Assembly (NCBI GenBank): GCA_942493095.1
Contig: OW818675.1
Location: forward strand, 870,001 to 902,000
From: Candidatus Electronema halotolerans
GTDB taxonomy: Bacteria > Desulfobacterota > Desulfobulbia > Desulfobulbales > Desulfobulbaceae
Reading direction: 5' to 3'
DNA: 32,000 bases
The first letter of the stretch is position 1. The number at the start of each line of letters is the position of its first letter. A program made the position numbers and the translations under genes. The notes below the pieces were generated by a model. The model was not told where the DNA came from. It worked only from the letters and a program-made list of their open reading frames with translations, and made no database searches. Shown in pieces: positions 1 through 9,735 of this stretch.

Positions 1-267
1 GAAAATCTGGCCGACCTGCTGGAAGACCCAAGGCTGGAGCTGGTTCATGCCCTGACCCAGATTGAAAACGCCTGCGAAATCTGCTATCAGAGCGATCCGG
101 GCCAGGCAAAGCGGTTCATGCGGGCGGCAGCGGACGTGCTCGCTTCAGCGGAAAGCGGCGGCGAGCTGCTGATGGATGAAGTGCTGGCAATCATGCCGGA
201 AGTGGAGGAGGTGCTGGATCAGCACGCCCGCAGCACCCAGAAGATTTATCGGGACATCAGAAAATGA
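1..267 (+). CDS. C-terminal end of an unidentified protein (partial, truncated at window start)
   Basis: Open frame 1 from nt 1: ENLADLLEDPRLELVHALTQIENACEICYQSDPGQAKRFMRAAADVL...DQHARSTQKIYRDIRK*. The stop overlaps the next ATG (ATGA at 264-267). Confidence 0.6.
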   Translation, partial: ENLADLLEDPRLELVHALTQIENACEICYQSDPGQAKRFMRAAADVLASAESGGELLMDEVLAIMPEVEEVLDQHARSTQKIYRDIRK

Positions 268-1370
268 GCCAGAGCTGTTCCTGTCCAGTCTGCGGGCGGC
301 AGGGGCTGCCCGCAGACTGCGCCAGCTGCCCGCAGTGCGATTCTGATTTGACCTGCTTTCAGGTGCTTGATTCCCTGTCCTCCAATAAGGCCGAGCAGAC
401 GGGCCGCCGTTTTTCGTGGCGGGCGCTGCTGGCAGGGGCTGCCTTCCTCCTGCTGCTGGCAGTGCTGGCCGCAGTCTGGCAAAGCAAGGTGCCGGGACCG
501 TTGCTGACAGCCTCCCAAGACCGCCAAGCTGCGCTGCCTGCTTCAGCTTCTGACGGCAAAATTCACATTGATGCCCAGATACGGATTCTCGATGACCGGC
601 AGGAGCGGGAAAACCGCCAGCACCGAGCTGCTCAATCTGTTGCCATTGAAGAAAAAAAACAGGTTGACAAGCCTGCGCAGGAGGAGGTGCGGCAGATGGT
701 GCCTGATGAGGAATCTTCTGATGCTCCGGCAGCGCAGGAAACTGTTGCGCCTGCGCTGCCGGAGCAGACAGAACAGGCCGACAGTGACAGCAGCGTCCCG
801 GAGCCGCTGCCAGTGGAATTGTCCGAGCCAGTTGCAAAAAAAGCTGTTGCTGCGGCATCTGCGCCTGATCAGCAAGCTGCCGAGCCTGCACCAGCACCGC
901 CGCCTGAGCTGCCAGTGCTGCAAGGCCGCCGCAAGCGGGCAGTGCGGACCCGGGCAGTGTCCGGCCTGCGCGAAGCCGCTGCAAAATCGGCAAACCAGAA
1001 GAACAGCAAAAGCACCTTGGTTTATCACGCCCAAAACGGCGAGACGGTCTGGGAGCTGGCTGAACGGTTTTACGGCGAGGGCAAATACTATCCTCTGATC
1101 ATGGAGCTGAATCCGCAGGTCGTGCAAGGCCGCGTCCGGGGCAGCGACAAAGTCCGGCTCCTTGCTGACCGGCGGCAGGCCGCAGCCCTGTATCAGCGCA
1201 GCACCGAGCAGCGCGACGGCCTGCTGCTCTGGAAGCACAAGGTGCAGCCGGGCGAGACGTGGCAGTCCATCTATGCCCGCTTCTTCCCGCCCAAATACTC
1301 CGGCATGGTTTTTTATCCCGGAGACCAGAAAGTGGTTCCCGGCAGCACGGTCAGGATTATTCTCCGTTGA
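264..1370 (+). CDS. Zinc-ribbon (two CxxC pairs), single-TM protein with C-terminal LysM-like repeats
   Basis: CPVCGRQGLPADCASCPQC at the N-terminus, hydrophobic ALLAGAAFLLLLAVLAAVW, acidic/Ala-rich middle, C-terminal LysM-like segments (NGETVWELAERFYGEGKYYPLIMELNP and QPGETWQSIYARFF...VVPGSTVRI). Confidence 0.75.
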   Translation: MSQSCSCPVCGRQGLPADCASCPQCDSDLTCFQVLDSLSSNKAEQTGRRFSWRALLAGAAFLLLLAVLAAVWQSKVPGPLLTASQDRQAALPASASDGKIHIDAQIRILDDRQERENRQHRAAQSVAIEEKKQVDKPAQEEVRQMVPDEESSDAPAAQETVAPALPEQTEQADSDSSVPEPLPVELSEPVAKKAVAAASAPDQQAAEPAPAPPPELPVLQGRRKRAVRTRAVSGLREAAAKSANQKNSKSTLVYHAQNGETVWELAERFYGEGKYYPLIMELNPQVVQGRVRGSDKVRLLADRRQAAALYQRSTEQRDGLLLWKHKVQPGETWQSIYARFFPPKYSGMVFYPGDQKVVPGSTVRIILR

Positions 1371-1375
1371 AGGTG

Positions 1376-3184
1376 ATGGGACACACTTGTTTTTTCAGCC
1401 TGAAAGGGCTTTTTCATAAAAGACGGGCCGCCCAGCTTGAGGCGGAATGCCGACGGCTGCAGGAGGCTGCCGGGCAGGCTGAGGCGGCTGATGATCATCT
1501 CCGCGCTGCCGGGCTGCTGGAGCAAGTTCACACTCTCCGGCCTGAGAACGCGCTGCTCTTGCGGCTGGCCCGCTGCTGGCTGCGGGCCGGACAATGGCAG
1601 CAGGCTGCGGATGCCTACAGTGAGACAGGCTGTTCTGGGGCGGCAGATTGGTATGATGCCGGTTTCGCCTTGGCCAAGCTGGACCGCTTTGCGGTCTGTC
1701 TGCGCTGCTGGCGGCAGACCGGCTCAAGTCATCCAGCTTTTCTTGCCCAGCAGAAGCAGGTCAGCCTCCTGCTCCTTCAGGAACTGAGCCGCTGCTTGGA
1801 CGAGCAATCTTGGGCGCAGGAGGAGCAGGTCCGTGCTCTGCTGACCGAATTTTCCTTGACTGAACTGCCTGGCGGCCATGAGCTGCTGGCCCGTTGCGAC
1901 CGGGTGCGGCTGGCCCGGCTCTGGCAGGAAGACCGGCTGGAGGAGATCATGGCAATGGCGGCAGAGAACGATCTCAACCATCCGGCAGTGCTGGAAATTC
2001 AGGCCAAGGCCGCCTGCCAGCTTTTGGCTGGCCGCCAGTCAGCCGTTTCCGCCGCAGAGCTGCGGCAGTTCATGGACTGCTGGCTCTCAGCCCTGTTTCA
2101 CCCAGCCATTGCCCCACAGGCTGAAGCGGAACGGCAGGCTCTGCTGGAGTTTGGCGCAGACCTGCTGCGCAGGCACGCGGCCCGCTTGAATCACGATGAG
2201 CAGCTCATGCGGGAATGGGAGGAACTGCTTGCCTTGCTGCACAGATTGGCCCTGCTGCCTGCGGTGCGCGAGCAGAATCTGCCGCTGTGCACCCCGGCTC
2301 TGGCCCTGCGCACTGACCAGCAGGAGCAGTTCTGCACTTTGATCCGAACAAATCAGGAGCACTTTGCCGACCGCAGGGCATGGATTGCCGCCGGAGCTGC
2401 GTATGCCTCGGCCTCAGCCCTGCTGCTGGTGCGTGACAATGCCTGTCAGGATGCGCTCAAGGAGCTGGGCCGACTGGAGGAGCAGGGCGATGATCTCTTT
2501 CTCGCCCACGGGGCTGCTCAAGTGAGGACAGCCTGCGGTATTGAGGCCTTGCGGCACCGTCGCTGCCGGGAGGCCGAGGAAATTTTAGTCGGCGGCGAGC
2601 CGCAGGCGGGCTGGTCCGCAGAGCTGGAAAAAGAGCTGCTCGCAGTGCTGGCGCAGGAAAACGGTCACGAAGCACCCTGCCTTGCCGCCAGTCTTGGCAT
2701 TCTCAGCCTGCTGCCCAAAACTTCGCCGCCTGACGCAGCCGCCTGCGCCTTCTGCTCGGCCCTGACCAAATTAGTGCTGCGTCTGCACAATGGCAAGCAG
2801 GCCCGTCCGCAGCTTTTGGCCGCAGCAATGCAGCAGGCTGTCGCGCTCAATCCTGAAGACGAGTTTGCCCGGATGATGCTGGAGGAAGTCAGCATTGCCT
2901 TGGAGCTGGCTGAACTGCACGAGGCCGTGGATCAGGGCTGGCTGTCCAAAGCGGCCCGCATTGCTGCGGCCAGCCGCTATCAGCAGGTTGCCGAGCATTT
3001 TTTCACTGCCGCCCAGCAGGTCGCTGTCCAGCTGGAGCAGGGTCATTATCCTGATGACGAGGCCGCAATGTTGATTCTGGAAGACCTGCTCCGCAGCGTC
3101 AGCCGGGTTGATCCGGGCCATCAGATGATCAGCAGCCTCAGACGCGCATTGGATGATCTGCGGCTGAGGCAGGAGGGCGCATGA
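1376..3184 (+). CDS. TPR-like helical repeat protein
   Basis: ORF track 1259..3184; likely start ATG 1376 (MGHTCFFSLKGLF...) just after the upstream stop. TPR-like segments (AAGLLEQVHTLRPENALLLRLARCWLRAGQWQQAADAYSETG). Confidence 0.65.
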   Translation: MGHTCFFSLKGLFHKRRAAQLEAECRRLQEAAGQAEAADDHLRAAGLLEQVHTLRPENALLLRLARCWLRAGQWQQAADAYSETGCSGAADWYDAGFALAKLDRFAVCLRCWRQTGSSHPAFLAQQKQVSLLLLQELSRCLDEQSWAQEEQVRALLTEFSLTELPGGHELLARCDRVRLARLWQEDRLEEIMAMAAENDLNHPAVLEIQAKAACQLLAGRQSAVSAAELRQFMDCWLSALFHPAIAPQAEAERQALLEFGADLLRRHAARLNHDEQLMREWEELLALLHRLALLPAVREQNLPLCTPALALRTDQQEQFCTLIRTNQEHFADRRAWIAAGAAYASASALLLVRDNACQDALKELGRLEEQGDDLFLAHGAAQVRTACGIEALRHRRCREAEEILVGGEPQAGWSAELEKELLAVLAQENGHEAPCLAASLGILSLLPKTSPPDAAACAFCSALTKLVLRLHNGKQARPQLLAAAMQQAVALNPEDEFARMMLEEVSIALELAELHEAVDQGWLSKAARIAAASRYQQVAEHFFTAAQQVAVQLEQGHYPDDEAAMLILEDLLRSVSRVDPGHQMISSLRRALDDLRLRQEGA

Positions 3185-3441
3185 ACCCGTACAAAGTGCT
3201 GGATTTATCGGCAGAAGCAGAGGCCAAAAATATTATTGCCGCTGCGGCCAAGGCCATGCGGGAGAAAAAATATTCAGTCCGTGAGATTGCCGAAGCCAGA
3301 CGGCAGCTCATGAACCCCAAGCTGCGGCCTCTGCTTGATTTCATCTGCTTTGCTGACGTGGAGCCGCTCCTGCGCCCGGCAGACCCGCCCGCAGAATCTT
3401 GCAGCCCTGACGAGCTGGAGCGGCTGGATATTTTTGACTGA
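3181..3441 (+). CDS. Small J-domain-like protein (no HPD motif seen)
   Basis: MNPYKVLDLSAEAEAKNIIAAAAKAMREKKYSVREIAEARRQLMNPKLRPLLDFI resembles the J-domain helix pattern. Start overlaps the previous stop by 4 nt (ATGA at 3181-3184). Confidence 0.55.
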   Translation: MNPYKVLDLSAEAEAKNIIAAAAKAMREKKYSVREIAEARRQLMNPKLRPLLDFICFADVEPLLRPADPPAESCSPDELERLDIFD

Positions 3442-3572
3442 CCAGCCGTGCGCTCTCGGCAGACAGAGCGTGAATTTTTCCCTGTCCTCTTGTTTCCGCC
3501 CTCGACATCTCCGGGCATGAGTGCTATATCTTTCCGGCAAATTTTCTTCTGATTCTCTGCCACTCTCCGCCC

Positions 3573-6500
3573 ATGCCTGACAAGACAGCCCGCCTGCTCG
3601 AATATCTTGCCGCGCTGACCAAACTCAGCAGCAAAAACATTTACAGCCTTGATGAATACGAACGGGTTTTCTGGCTGCACAGTCTGCCCCGCGAGTCGCC
3701 GCTCTGCTTCTGCCGGGCATGGAAAGCGGAAGAGCAAGACGATGGCCTCTGGCTGACTGTAAAAAAAGCTCCGCCGCGAGCCGCTGCGCCTCAGCCTCCT
3801 GATGACTGCGTTCTCTGGCTGCGGCAATATGCGTCGGCAGATTGCAAGGAACCGCCGAAGCTGGAGCCGTCTGTCATCCTTGACTGCGCTAAAACCAATT
3901 CGGAGAGTGAAGCGGAACCAGTCAGAACATTGCATCTGAAGGATTTTCCGGCAGTTCAAGAGCCGTGGCTGCCTTGGGCCGAAGACGATCCTGTCCGTCG
4001 GGCGTACAAAGAGCTGTTTCTGCTGCATCAGGAGCTGCAAAAAAACGGTGAGCAATGCGAGCTGGTTTTAGGGCTGGGCCTGCTGCGCTGGCAGAACAGC
4101 AGCGGACGGGAAATCAAACGGCATGTTGCGGCTGCCGGAGTTTCCTTGGTTTTTGAGGCGGAAAAAGGGCTATTCACAGTTCGGCAGGACAGCGACAAGG
4201 CCGAGATTGAGCTGAATATGCTCGACGATCTGCCGCTTGATGCCCGCAGTTTGATTGATGAGGGCCGGGCCGCTGTCAGCGCGGCGGCGTATGACCGCGC
4301 CGAACTGGATGCCGTTCTGCGCAAAATCGCCCATTCCTTGGGTGCTGGCGGACAAGGGGAATATCATTCTGACCGGCTGGAACCTGCTTCACAGCCGAGC
4401 AAGGACAAACCGCTGATCGAATACGCTCCGGCCTTGATTTTGCGGAAGCGCAGTCAGCGCGGGCTGGATCAGCTATTGACCGAATTGAAGGCCCAGCCTG
4501 CTGAAAGGCTGAAAGGGTTCGGGCCGCTCTGCGGCATTACAGCGGAACCGGGGGAGCAGCCGGGCAAGGCCGCCCCGCCGGGCGAGCTGTATTTTCCTCT
4601 GCCCGCCAATGAGGAGCAGAAGAAAATCATCCGCACCTTGGACATGCAGGCCGGAGTGCTGGTGCAGGGGCCGCCCGGCACTGGCAAATCCCACACCATC
4701 GCCAATCTCATCTCGCATCTGCTGGCAACCGGCCAGCGAATTTTAGTGACCGCAAAGACGAAACAGGCGTTGCAGGTGCTGCATGGCAAGTTGCCGGAAG
4801 AGCTGCGGCCTCTTGCCATCAGTTTGTTGGGAGATGAGAAAAGCTCGCTGGCCCGGAGCGTGGAAGGCATCCTTGACAAACTTGACAAACTCTGGGATGA
4901 ATCCGAGAACCGCCGCCGCACAGATGAGCTGGAAGCGCGGCTTCATGCCTCACGCAAGGCCAAGGCTGCCGCTGAACAGCAGATTCTCGCCCTGCGCGAA
5001 AAGGAGACCTTCACGCATCAACTTGCAGGTGGCCGCTGTTCCGGCACTGCCGCCGAAATTGCCCGCCAGCTCCGCAGCGATGCGGACAAATTTGCTTGGT
5101 TCACAGATTCCATTCCCGCAGATGCGCCGCTGCCTTTGTTAGGTAATGAAGCTGATTTTCTTTGTAAATATTTTGCCGAAGTTTCTCAGGCTGACGAAAA
5201 GGAGCTGACCTTGCAGCTTCCTGCCTCGGAAACGCTGCCGCCAGTCAGCAAGGTGGAGGCGGCTTTTCAAAAAGAGGCTGCTGCCAAGGAAAAGGCCGCG
5301 CCGGGTGCTGAATGGCTGCAACGGCTGCAATGGTCGGATCAAGTGGTTATGCTTCTTTGCGGCAAGGAGGCGTTGTGCTCCCTGCATCAGCAGGCACAAG
5401 ACATGGCGGCAGCTTTCCGCACGCTGCGGCAGAAGCCCATGCCTTGGCTGGAAAAGGCGACGCATGAGATTCTCAGCGGTCAAGACAGAATCTGGCGGGA
5501 ACTGCTGAAATGTTCGCAAGAAAGCGTCAGCAAACTGGAGGTGCTGGAAGCCAAGAACAAAGCGGCTGACATTGACATTCCGCCGGACATCAACCGAAAA
5601 GCCCTGCTGTCCGCTGTCAAGGAATTGCATGAGCATTTCAAAGCAGGCGGAACAGCGGGCCGCTGGATTTTCAAGCCGGAGGTGGTGCGCAAGCATGGCG
5701 GCATGATCAGCCAAGTCAAAGTGGACGGGCAGGACTGCCTCAGCTTGGAGCCGCTGGAAAAACTCGTTGCTTGGCTGACTGTTGAGCAGCAGCTTGATCA
5801 GGCTTGGTCTTTCTGGCAAGGCAGGGCGAAGCGCGATTCTGGGCCGTTCCGCTTGCAGCTTGTTCAATTGGATGAGATGCACAAGGCACTGGAAAAAGTG
5901 CTTCTGCTGCGCCAGATGCAGAAGCAGGTGCGAACGGCGGCAGAAGCCTGCGGGCTGAACGTGGAGCAATGGACTGAAGCGGCCATGCTGGAGCTTGCCG
6001 AAGACTGCCGGGCGGCTCTGGCTTGGTTGCATCAGGAGCAGATAAGCAGCTCAATCAATAAGTTGCAATGTCGTTTTGCTGAGTTGGCCAAAAATCCCAA
6101 AGCGCATCCTGTAGCTGGACAGCTCGCCGCCAGCATTGCTGAACGGGACAGCGCAGCTTATGCCCGCCTGCTTGAGGAACTTGATGTTTTGGCCAAGAAA
6201 GCAAAACAGATGCAGATAAAACAGCAGCTCATCGCCAAACTCTCAGTAGCTGCGCCGACTTTGGCGGCAGAGCTGAACAGCGGTCATGATCGGCAGCTTT
6301 GGGCGAAGCGACTGGCAATGCTCGCAGATGCGTGGGCGTGGGCGCAGGCTTCCTCATGGCTGAAAGATTTTCTGCAAACTGATCTGGCTGCCCTGCTGCG
6401 GCAGAGCCAGCGGCTTGAGGAGGAGATACAGCGTGATCTGAGCAAATTGGCCGCAGAAAAGGCATGGAGCTGCTGTTTTGAGCGGATGAGCGATATGCAC

Positions 6501-7955
6501 CGCAAGCATTTGACTGCTTGGCCAAAGGCAATGCAGAAAATTGGAAAAACAGGAAAAGGGAAATTTGTTTCCGTCTATCGAAGAGATGCTCAATATCACC
6601 TCAGCCAGTTCCGGGATGCTGTGCCCGCGTGGATCATGCCCTTGCATCAGGTGTATGAGACAGTCAATGCTGGAAGCGGATTGTTTGACATCATAATCGT
6701 GGATGAGTCTTCACAGTGCGGCCCGGAAGCCCTGCCGCTCTTCCTGCTTGGCAAACGCCTGATTGTGGTCGGCGACGATAAACAGGTCAGTCCAGATTCC
6801 GTGGGTATAGAGAAGGAGCATGTGCATCATCTCATGCGCACATGGCTGCATGATTTTCCTTTTGCTAAGTCCTTTGACCTTGAGACAAGCCTCTTTGATC
6901 ATGCTGATGTTCTTTTCAGTGGGAAAAATCAAAAAATTACTCTACTGGAGCATTTCCGCTGTGTGCCGGAAATCATCCGCTTCAGCAGCAAACTGTGTTA
7001 CAAGGGCAACCTGATTCCGCTTCGCCGCTATTTGCCAGACCGCTTGGAGCCGCTGCAATCGGTCTTTGTGGAAACTGGCTATCGGGAAGGAAGCCGTCAG
7101 CGGGTCATCAATCGGCCTGAAGCGGAAGCCATTGCTGAAAAGGTGAAGCAATGCTGCGCAGATGAGCGGTATCAGGGCAAATCAATGGGCGTGATCGTCC
7201 TGCAAGGTACAGCGCAGGCTGACCTGATTCAAGGCTTGCTCGTAGAGGCGATTGGTGCGGAAGAAATGCAGAAGCGCAGAATCATTTGCGGCAATGCGCC
7301 CAGCTTTCAGGGCGATGAGCGGGATGTCATCTTTCTCAGCATGGTGGCTGCGCCTAATGCCAGATTCACTTCCATGACTGGGCTGAAATACGAGCAGCGG
7401 TTCAATGTTGCTGCCAGCCGGGCGCGGGATCAGATGTGGCTTTTTCATTCGTTGACGCTCAATGAGCCTCGTTTGGGAAGCAACTGCCTGCGGCGCAGAC
7501 TGCTGGAGCATTTTCAGAACCCGGATGCCGGGATTGACCGCATTCAAGGTCTCAACATTGAGGAACTGCGGCTGGCTGCGCATCAGGCTGAGAGAAAGAC
7601 AGAATCCGCGCCCAAACCTTTTGATAGCTGGTTTGAGGTGGATGTTGCCCTTCAGATTGCAGGACGGGGGTATAACGTTGTGCCGCAGTATCCATTTGCA
7701 GGCAGGCGGATTGACTTGGTTATTCAAGGAAGCGCGGCGCAACTGGCAGTGGAGTGTGACGGCGATTATTGGCACGGCCCGGAACGCTATGAAGCTGACT
7801 TGGCCCGGCAGCGGCAGCTCGAACGCTGCGGCTGGCAGTTCTTCCGCATCCGGGAATGCCTTTACTATGCTGATGCGGACAAGGCACTTGCACCGCTTTG
7901 GCCGTTGCTGGAGCGCATGGGGATAGTGCCGGATAACAGTGCATTAAACCAGTGA
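3573..7955 (+). CDS. Large superfamily 1 DNA/RNA helicase (DNA2/Upf1-like AAA) with C-terminal Vsr/MTES_1575-like endonuclease domain
   Basis: Walker A QGPPGTGKSHTIANLI (GPPGTGKS at 4668-4691); DEXX-like IIIVDESSQCGPEALPLFLLGKRLIVVGDDKQVSP; QGDERDVIFLSMV...RFNVAASRARDQMWLFHS; C-terminal RRIDLVIQGSAAQLAVECDGDYWHGPERYEADLARQRQLERCGWQFFRI. Confidence 0.85.
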   Translation: MPDKTARLLEYLAALTKLSSKNIYSLDEYERVFWLHSLPRESPLCFCRAWKAEEQDDGLWLTVKKAPPRAAAPQPPDDCVLWLRQYASADCKEPPKLEPSVILDCAKTNSESEAEPVRTLHLKDFPAVQEPWLPWAEDDPVRRAYKELFLLHQELQKNGEQCELVLGLGLLRWQNSSGREIKRHVAAAGVSLVFEAEKGLFTVRQDSDKAEIELNMLDDLPLDARSLIDEGRAAVSAAAYDRAELDAVLRKIAHSLGAGGQGEYHSDRLEPASQPSKDKPLIEYAPALILRKRSQRGLDQLLTELKAQPAERLKGFGPLCGITAEPGEQPGKAAPPGELYFPLPANEEQKKIIRTLDMQAGVLVQGPPGTGKSHTIANLISHLLATGQRILVTAKTKQALQVLHGKLPEELRPLAISLLGDEKSSLARSVEGILDKLDKLWDESENRRRTDELEARLHASRKAKAAAEQQILALREKETFTHQLAGGRCSGTAAEIARQLRSDADKFAWFTDSIPADAPLPLLGNEADFLCKYFAEVSQADEKELTLQLPASETLPPVSKVEAAFQKEAAAKEKAAPGAEWLQRLQWSDQVVMLLCGKEALCSLHQQAQDMAAAFRTLRQKPMPWLEKATHEILSGQDRIWRELLKCSQESVSKLEVLEAKNKAADIDIPPDINRKALLSAVKELHEHFKAGGTAGRWIFKPEVVRKHGGMISQVKVDGQDCLSLEPLEKLVAWLTVEQQLDQAWSFWQGRAKRDSGPFRLQLVQLDEMHKALEKVLLLRQMQKQVRTAAEACGLNVEQWTEAAMLELAEDCRAALAWLHQEQISSSINKLQCRFAELAKNPKAHPVAGQLAASIAERDSAAYARLLEELDVLAKKAKQMQIKQQLIAKLSVAAPTLAAELNSGHDRQLWAKRLAMLADAWAWAQASSWLKDFLQTDLAALLRQSQRLEEEIQRDLSKLAAEKAWSCCFERMSDMHRKHLTAWPKAMQKIGKTGKGKFVSVYRRDAQYHLSQFRDAVPAWIMPLHQVYETVNAGSGLFDIIIVDESSQCGPEALPLFLLGKRLIVVGDDKQVSPDSVGIEKEHVHHLMRTWLHDFPFAKSFDLETSLFDHADVLFSGKNQKITLLEHFRCVPEIIRFSSKLCYKGNLIPLRRYLPDRLEPLQSVFVETGYREGSRQRVINRPEAEAIAEKVKQCCADERYQGKSMGVIVLQGTAQADLIQGLLVEAIGAEEMQKRRIICGNAPSFQGDERDVIFLSMVAAPNARFTSMTGLKYEQRFNVAASRARDQMWLFHSLTLNEPRLGSNCLRRRLLEHFQNPDAGIDRIQGLNIEELRLAAHQAERKTESAPKPFDSWFEVDVALQIAGRGYNVVPQYPFAGRRIDLVIQGSAAQLAVECDGDYWHGPERYEADLARQRQLERCGWQFFRIRECLYYADADKALAPLWPLLERMGIVPDNSALNQ

Positions 7956-7987
7956 AGGCCGCATCGCATTGAGCCGCTGGAAACAGC

Positions 7988-8022
7988 ATTTTCCCTGCCG
8001 CCCCCAGCGACGGCAGGAAAAT
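7988..8022. terminator. Putative bidirectional terminator hairpin between convergent helicase and acsC genes
   Basis: attttccctgccg-cccccagcga-cggcaggaaaat: near-perfect inverted repeat with a one-base bulge, lying between two convergent stops. Confidence 0.5.
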
Positions 8023-8034
8023 TTACGCCATCAA

Positions 8035-9384
8035 TTACTTCGCAGGCTTCCACTCCTTCAGGAACGCTGGCAAATGCCCTGCCTCACGCGGCCCAATGGT
8101 GATGGTCCACTCTGGCAGCTCCTCTTCCAGCTCGCCCTTGATGGTGGCGAGATAGCCTGGAATGATCAGCTCGCGGTGCTTGACCTTGTCGGCAATGCCG
8201 CACTTCTTGACAAAGGCCGCGATCAGGTCTGCGCCGAACTTGCCCGCCGCCCACGCAGTGAGCACGGAAAGTCCCTCGGTGTCTTTGATCAGCAGCCAGC
8301 TCGGCACCTTGGAACCTTCGATCTCGCCGGAAACAATGAAGTAGGTCAGCGAGAAGTTGCAGGTGATCAGCACCGGCGAATTCTCGTCCGGCCCAGTGAT
8401 CGGATAGATGTCCTCGGCCACGACCATTGGCCGCTGCGGGTCGGTGAAGATGTTGAGCTGCTCCAGCAAAAGCGGGAAGAGCACGTCGCCTTGGATGTCG
8501 GAGAACACAGCAATGGCGGCGTATTTCGCCATCAGCACTGAGCCGATCATCGCCTCCATCATCAGGTCGTCGCACATCTCGCAGGGGAAGGCGATGACCG
8601 GGAAGCCGAGGGACTTGAACTTGGCCTTCACGGCTGAACGGCGGGCAACAACGCCGTCCTCAAAGGCGGCCCGCAGGGTTCTCGCGCCGCTGTCAATCAC
8701 CATGTCCTTGACCCCGGCGGCAAGCAGCTTATCCACCGTCGCAATCAGGTCATCCAAGTTCTTGCCCTTCACACCGATGACACAGCCGGTTTCTTTGGCG
8801 AGCGCGGCAAAAGCATCGACATTGTCGGCATTTGCGCCGTAGAGCAGCGGCTTGTTGTCGCCGCAGGCAGCAGCTCCTGCTTTCAAATTCTCGGCATTAT
8901 CACTCATTAAAATGAGTGCCTGATTTGGTGCGATCTCCATAGCTTTTTTAGCTATATCTGCTAACGACGCACCGCCTGCATCTTTAATAGCCACTAAGCT
9001 GTTGCGCATCATCACGCCGACGCGCTCGTACTCTAAGGCAGCGGCTCGATTCAGTTTACTCTCAAGAGCGGCTGCATCCTCATTGGTGCTGACCAACACG
9101 GCCAAGCCGGTCTTGTTTTCAAAACGCTTCTCGTGCCGGAACTGGCAGGTCTCGCCGCCTGCGGTGAACTGGGCCTCGCCGCTGCCGATTTTCACCGTGC
9201 GGATTGGCGGTGCAGATGCCTCGCCAATCGTGGCCTTAGCCTCCTCGCTCACATCAGGACAGGCTGCAATTTCCGCCTGACCTGCCGCCACTTTCATGGC
9301 AAAGGCCAGACAGGTGGGGATGCCGCACTTGCCGCAGTTGCTCTTGGGCAGCATCTTGAGAATCTGTATACCGGTTAATGCCAT
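8035..9384 (-). CDS. acsC: Corrinoid/iron-sulfur protein large (gamma) subunit of acetyl-CoA synthase complex
   Basis: MALTGIQILKMLPKSNCGKCGIPTCLAFAMKVAAGQAEIAACP FeS motif plus CFeSP-type body. Start placed at ATG 9384 with an AGGAGG SD; the track's 9402 start is less likely. Confidence 0.93.
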   Translation of the reverse strand: MALTGIQILKMLPKSNCGKCGIPTCLAFAMKVAAGQAEIAACPDVSEEAKATIGEASAPPIRTVKIGSGEAQFTAGGETCQFRHEKRFENKTGLAVLVSTNEDAAALESKLNRAAALEYERVGVMMRNSLVAIKDAGGASLADIAKKAMEIAPNQALILMSDNAENLKAGAAACGDNKPLLYGANADNVDAFAALAKETGCVIGVKGKNLDDLIATVDKLLAAGVKDMVIDSGARTLRAAFEDGVVARRSAVKAKFKSLGFPVIAFPCEMCDDLMMEAMIGSVLMAKYAAIAVFSDIQGDVLFPLLLEQLNIFTDPQRPMVVAEDIYPITGPDENSPVLITCNFSLTYFIVSGEIEGSKVPSWLLIKDTEGLSVLTAWAAGKFGADLIAAFVKKCGIADKVKHRELIIPGYLATIKGELEEELPEWTITIGPREAGHLPAFLKEWKPAK

Positions 9385-9474
9385 TTTATCCCTCCTGGTC
9401 AAAAAATCAGAATCAGAACACCGGGAACACGATTCGCTGTTCGCCCGGTAGCTGGTGCTTTGTTATTTAATCGC

Positions 9475-9735
9475 TTACTCGTAATGGCTCCACATGCGAT
9501 ACACTTTGATCAGTTTCTCATCTTCAAAAATTTCATAGACCAAGCGATGCTGCTTGTTGATGCGCCTGCTGATCAAACCATTCATGTTGCCTTTCAAAAA
9601 TTCATATTCCGGCGGATACTGCAAGGGATTTTGTTGGATGATCTCTATCAGTTTTAGAACTTTTTCTTTCAGGCCGCTGGAGGCTAACCTTTTGGCATCC
9701 TTCTGGGCTTGCGTCATGAATTTGACGGTGTACAT
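9475..9735 (-). CDS. YoeB-type toxin (RelE/ParE superfamily)
   Basis: YTVKFMTQAQKDAKRLASSGLKEKVLKLIEIIQQNPLQYPPEYEFLKGNMNGLISRRINKQHRLVYEIFEDEKLIKVYRMWSHYE: canonical YoeB pattern with C-terminal RxxSHY. ATG at 9735 overlaps the antitoxin stop (TGATG). Confidence 0.9.
   Translation of the reverse strand: MYTVKFMTQAQKDAKRLASSGLKEKVLKLIEIIQQNPLQYPPEYEFLKGNMNGLISRRINKQHRLVYEIFEDEKLIKVYRMWSHYE

Noticed and set aside
145-1238. Minus-strand ORFs over the zinc-ribbon/LysM gene (282 aa, 231 aa)
   Set aside because: The plus-strand gene has a CxxC zinc ribbon, a TM, LysM-like repeats and start-stop coupling; the antisense ORFs have none of these.
5139-6032. 297-aa minus-strand ORF inside the helicase
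   Set aside because: It is antisense to the helical insertion of a continuous 1460-aa ORF whose helicase motifs flank it on both sides.
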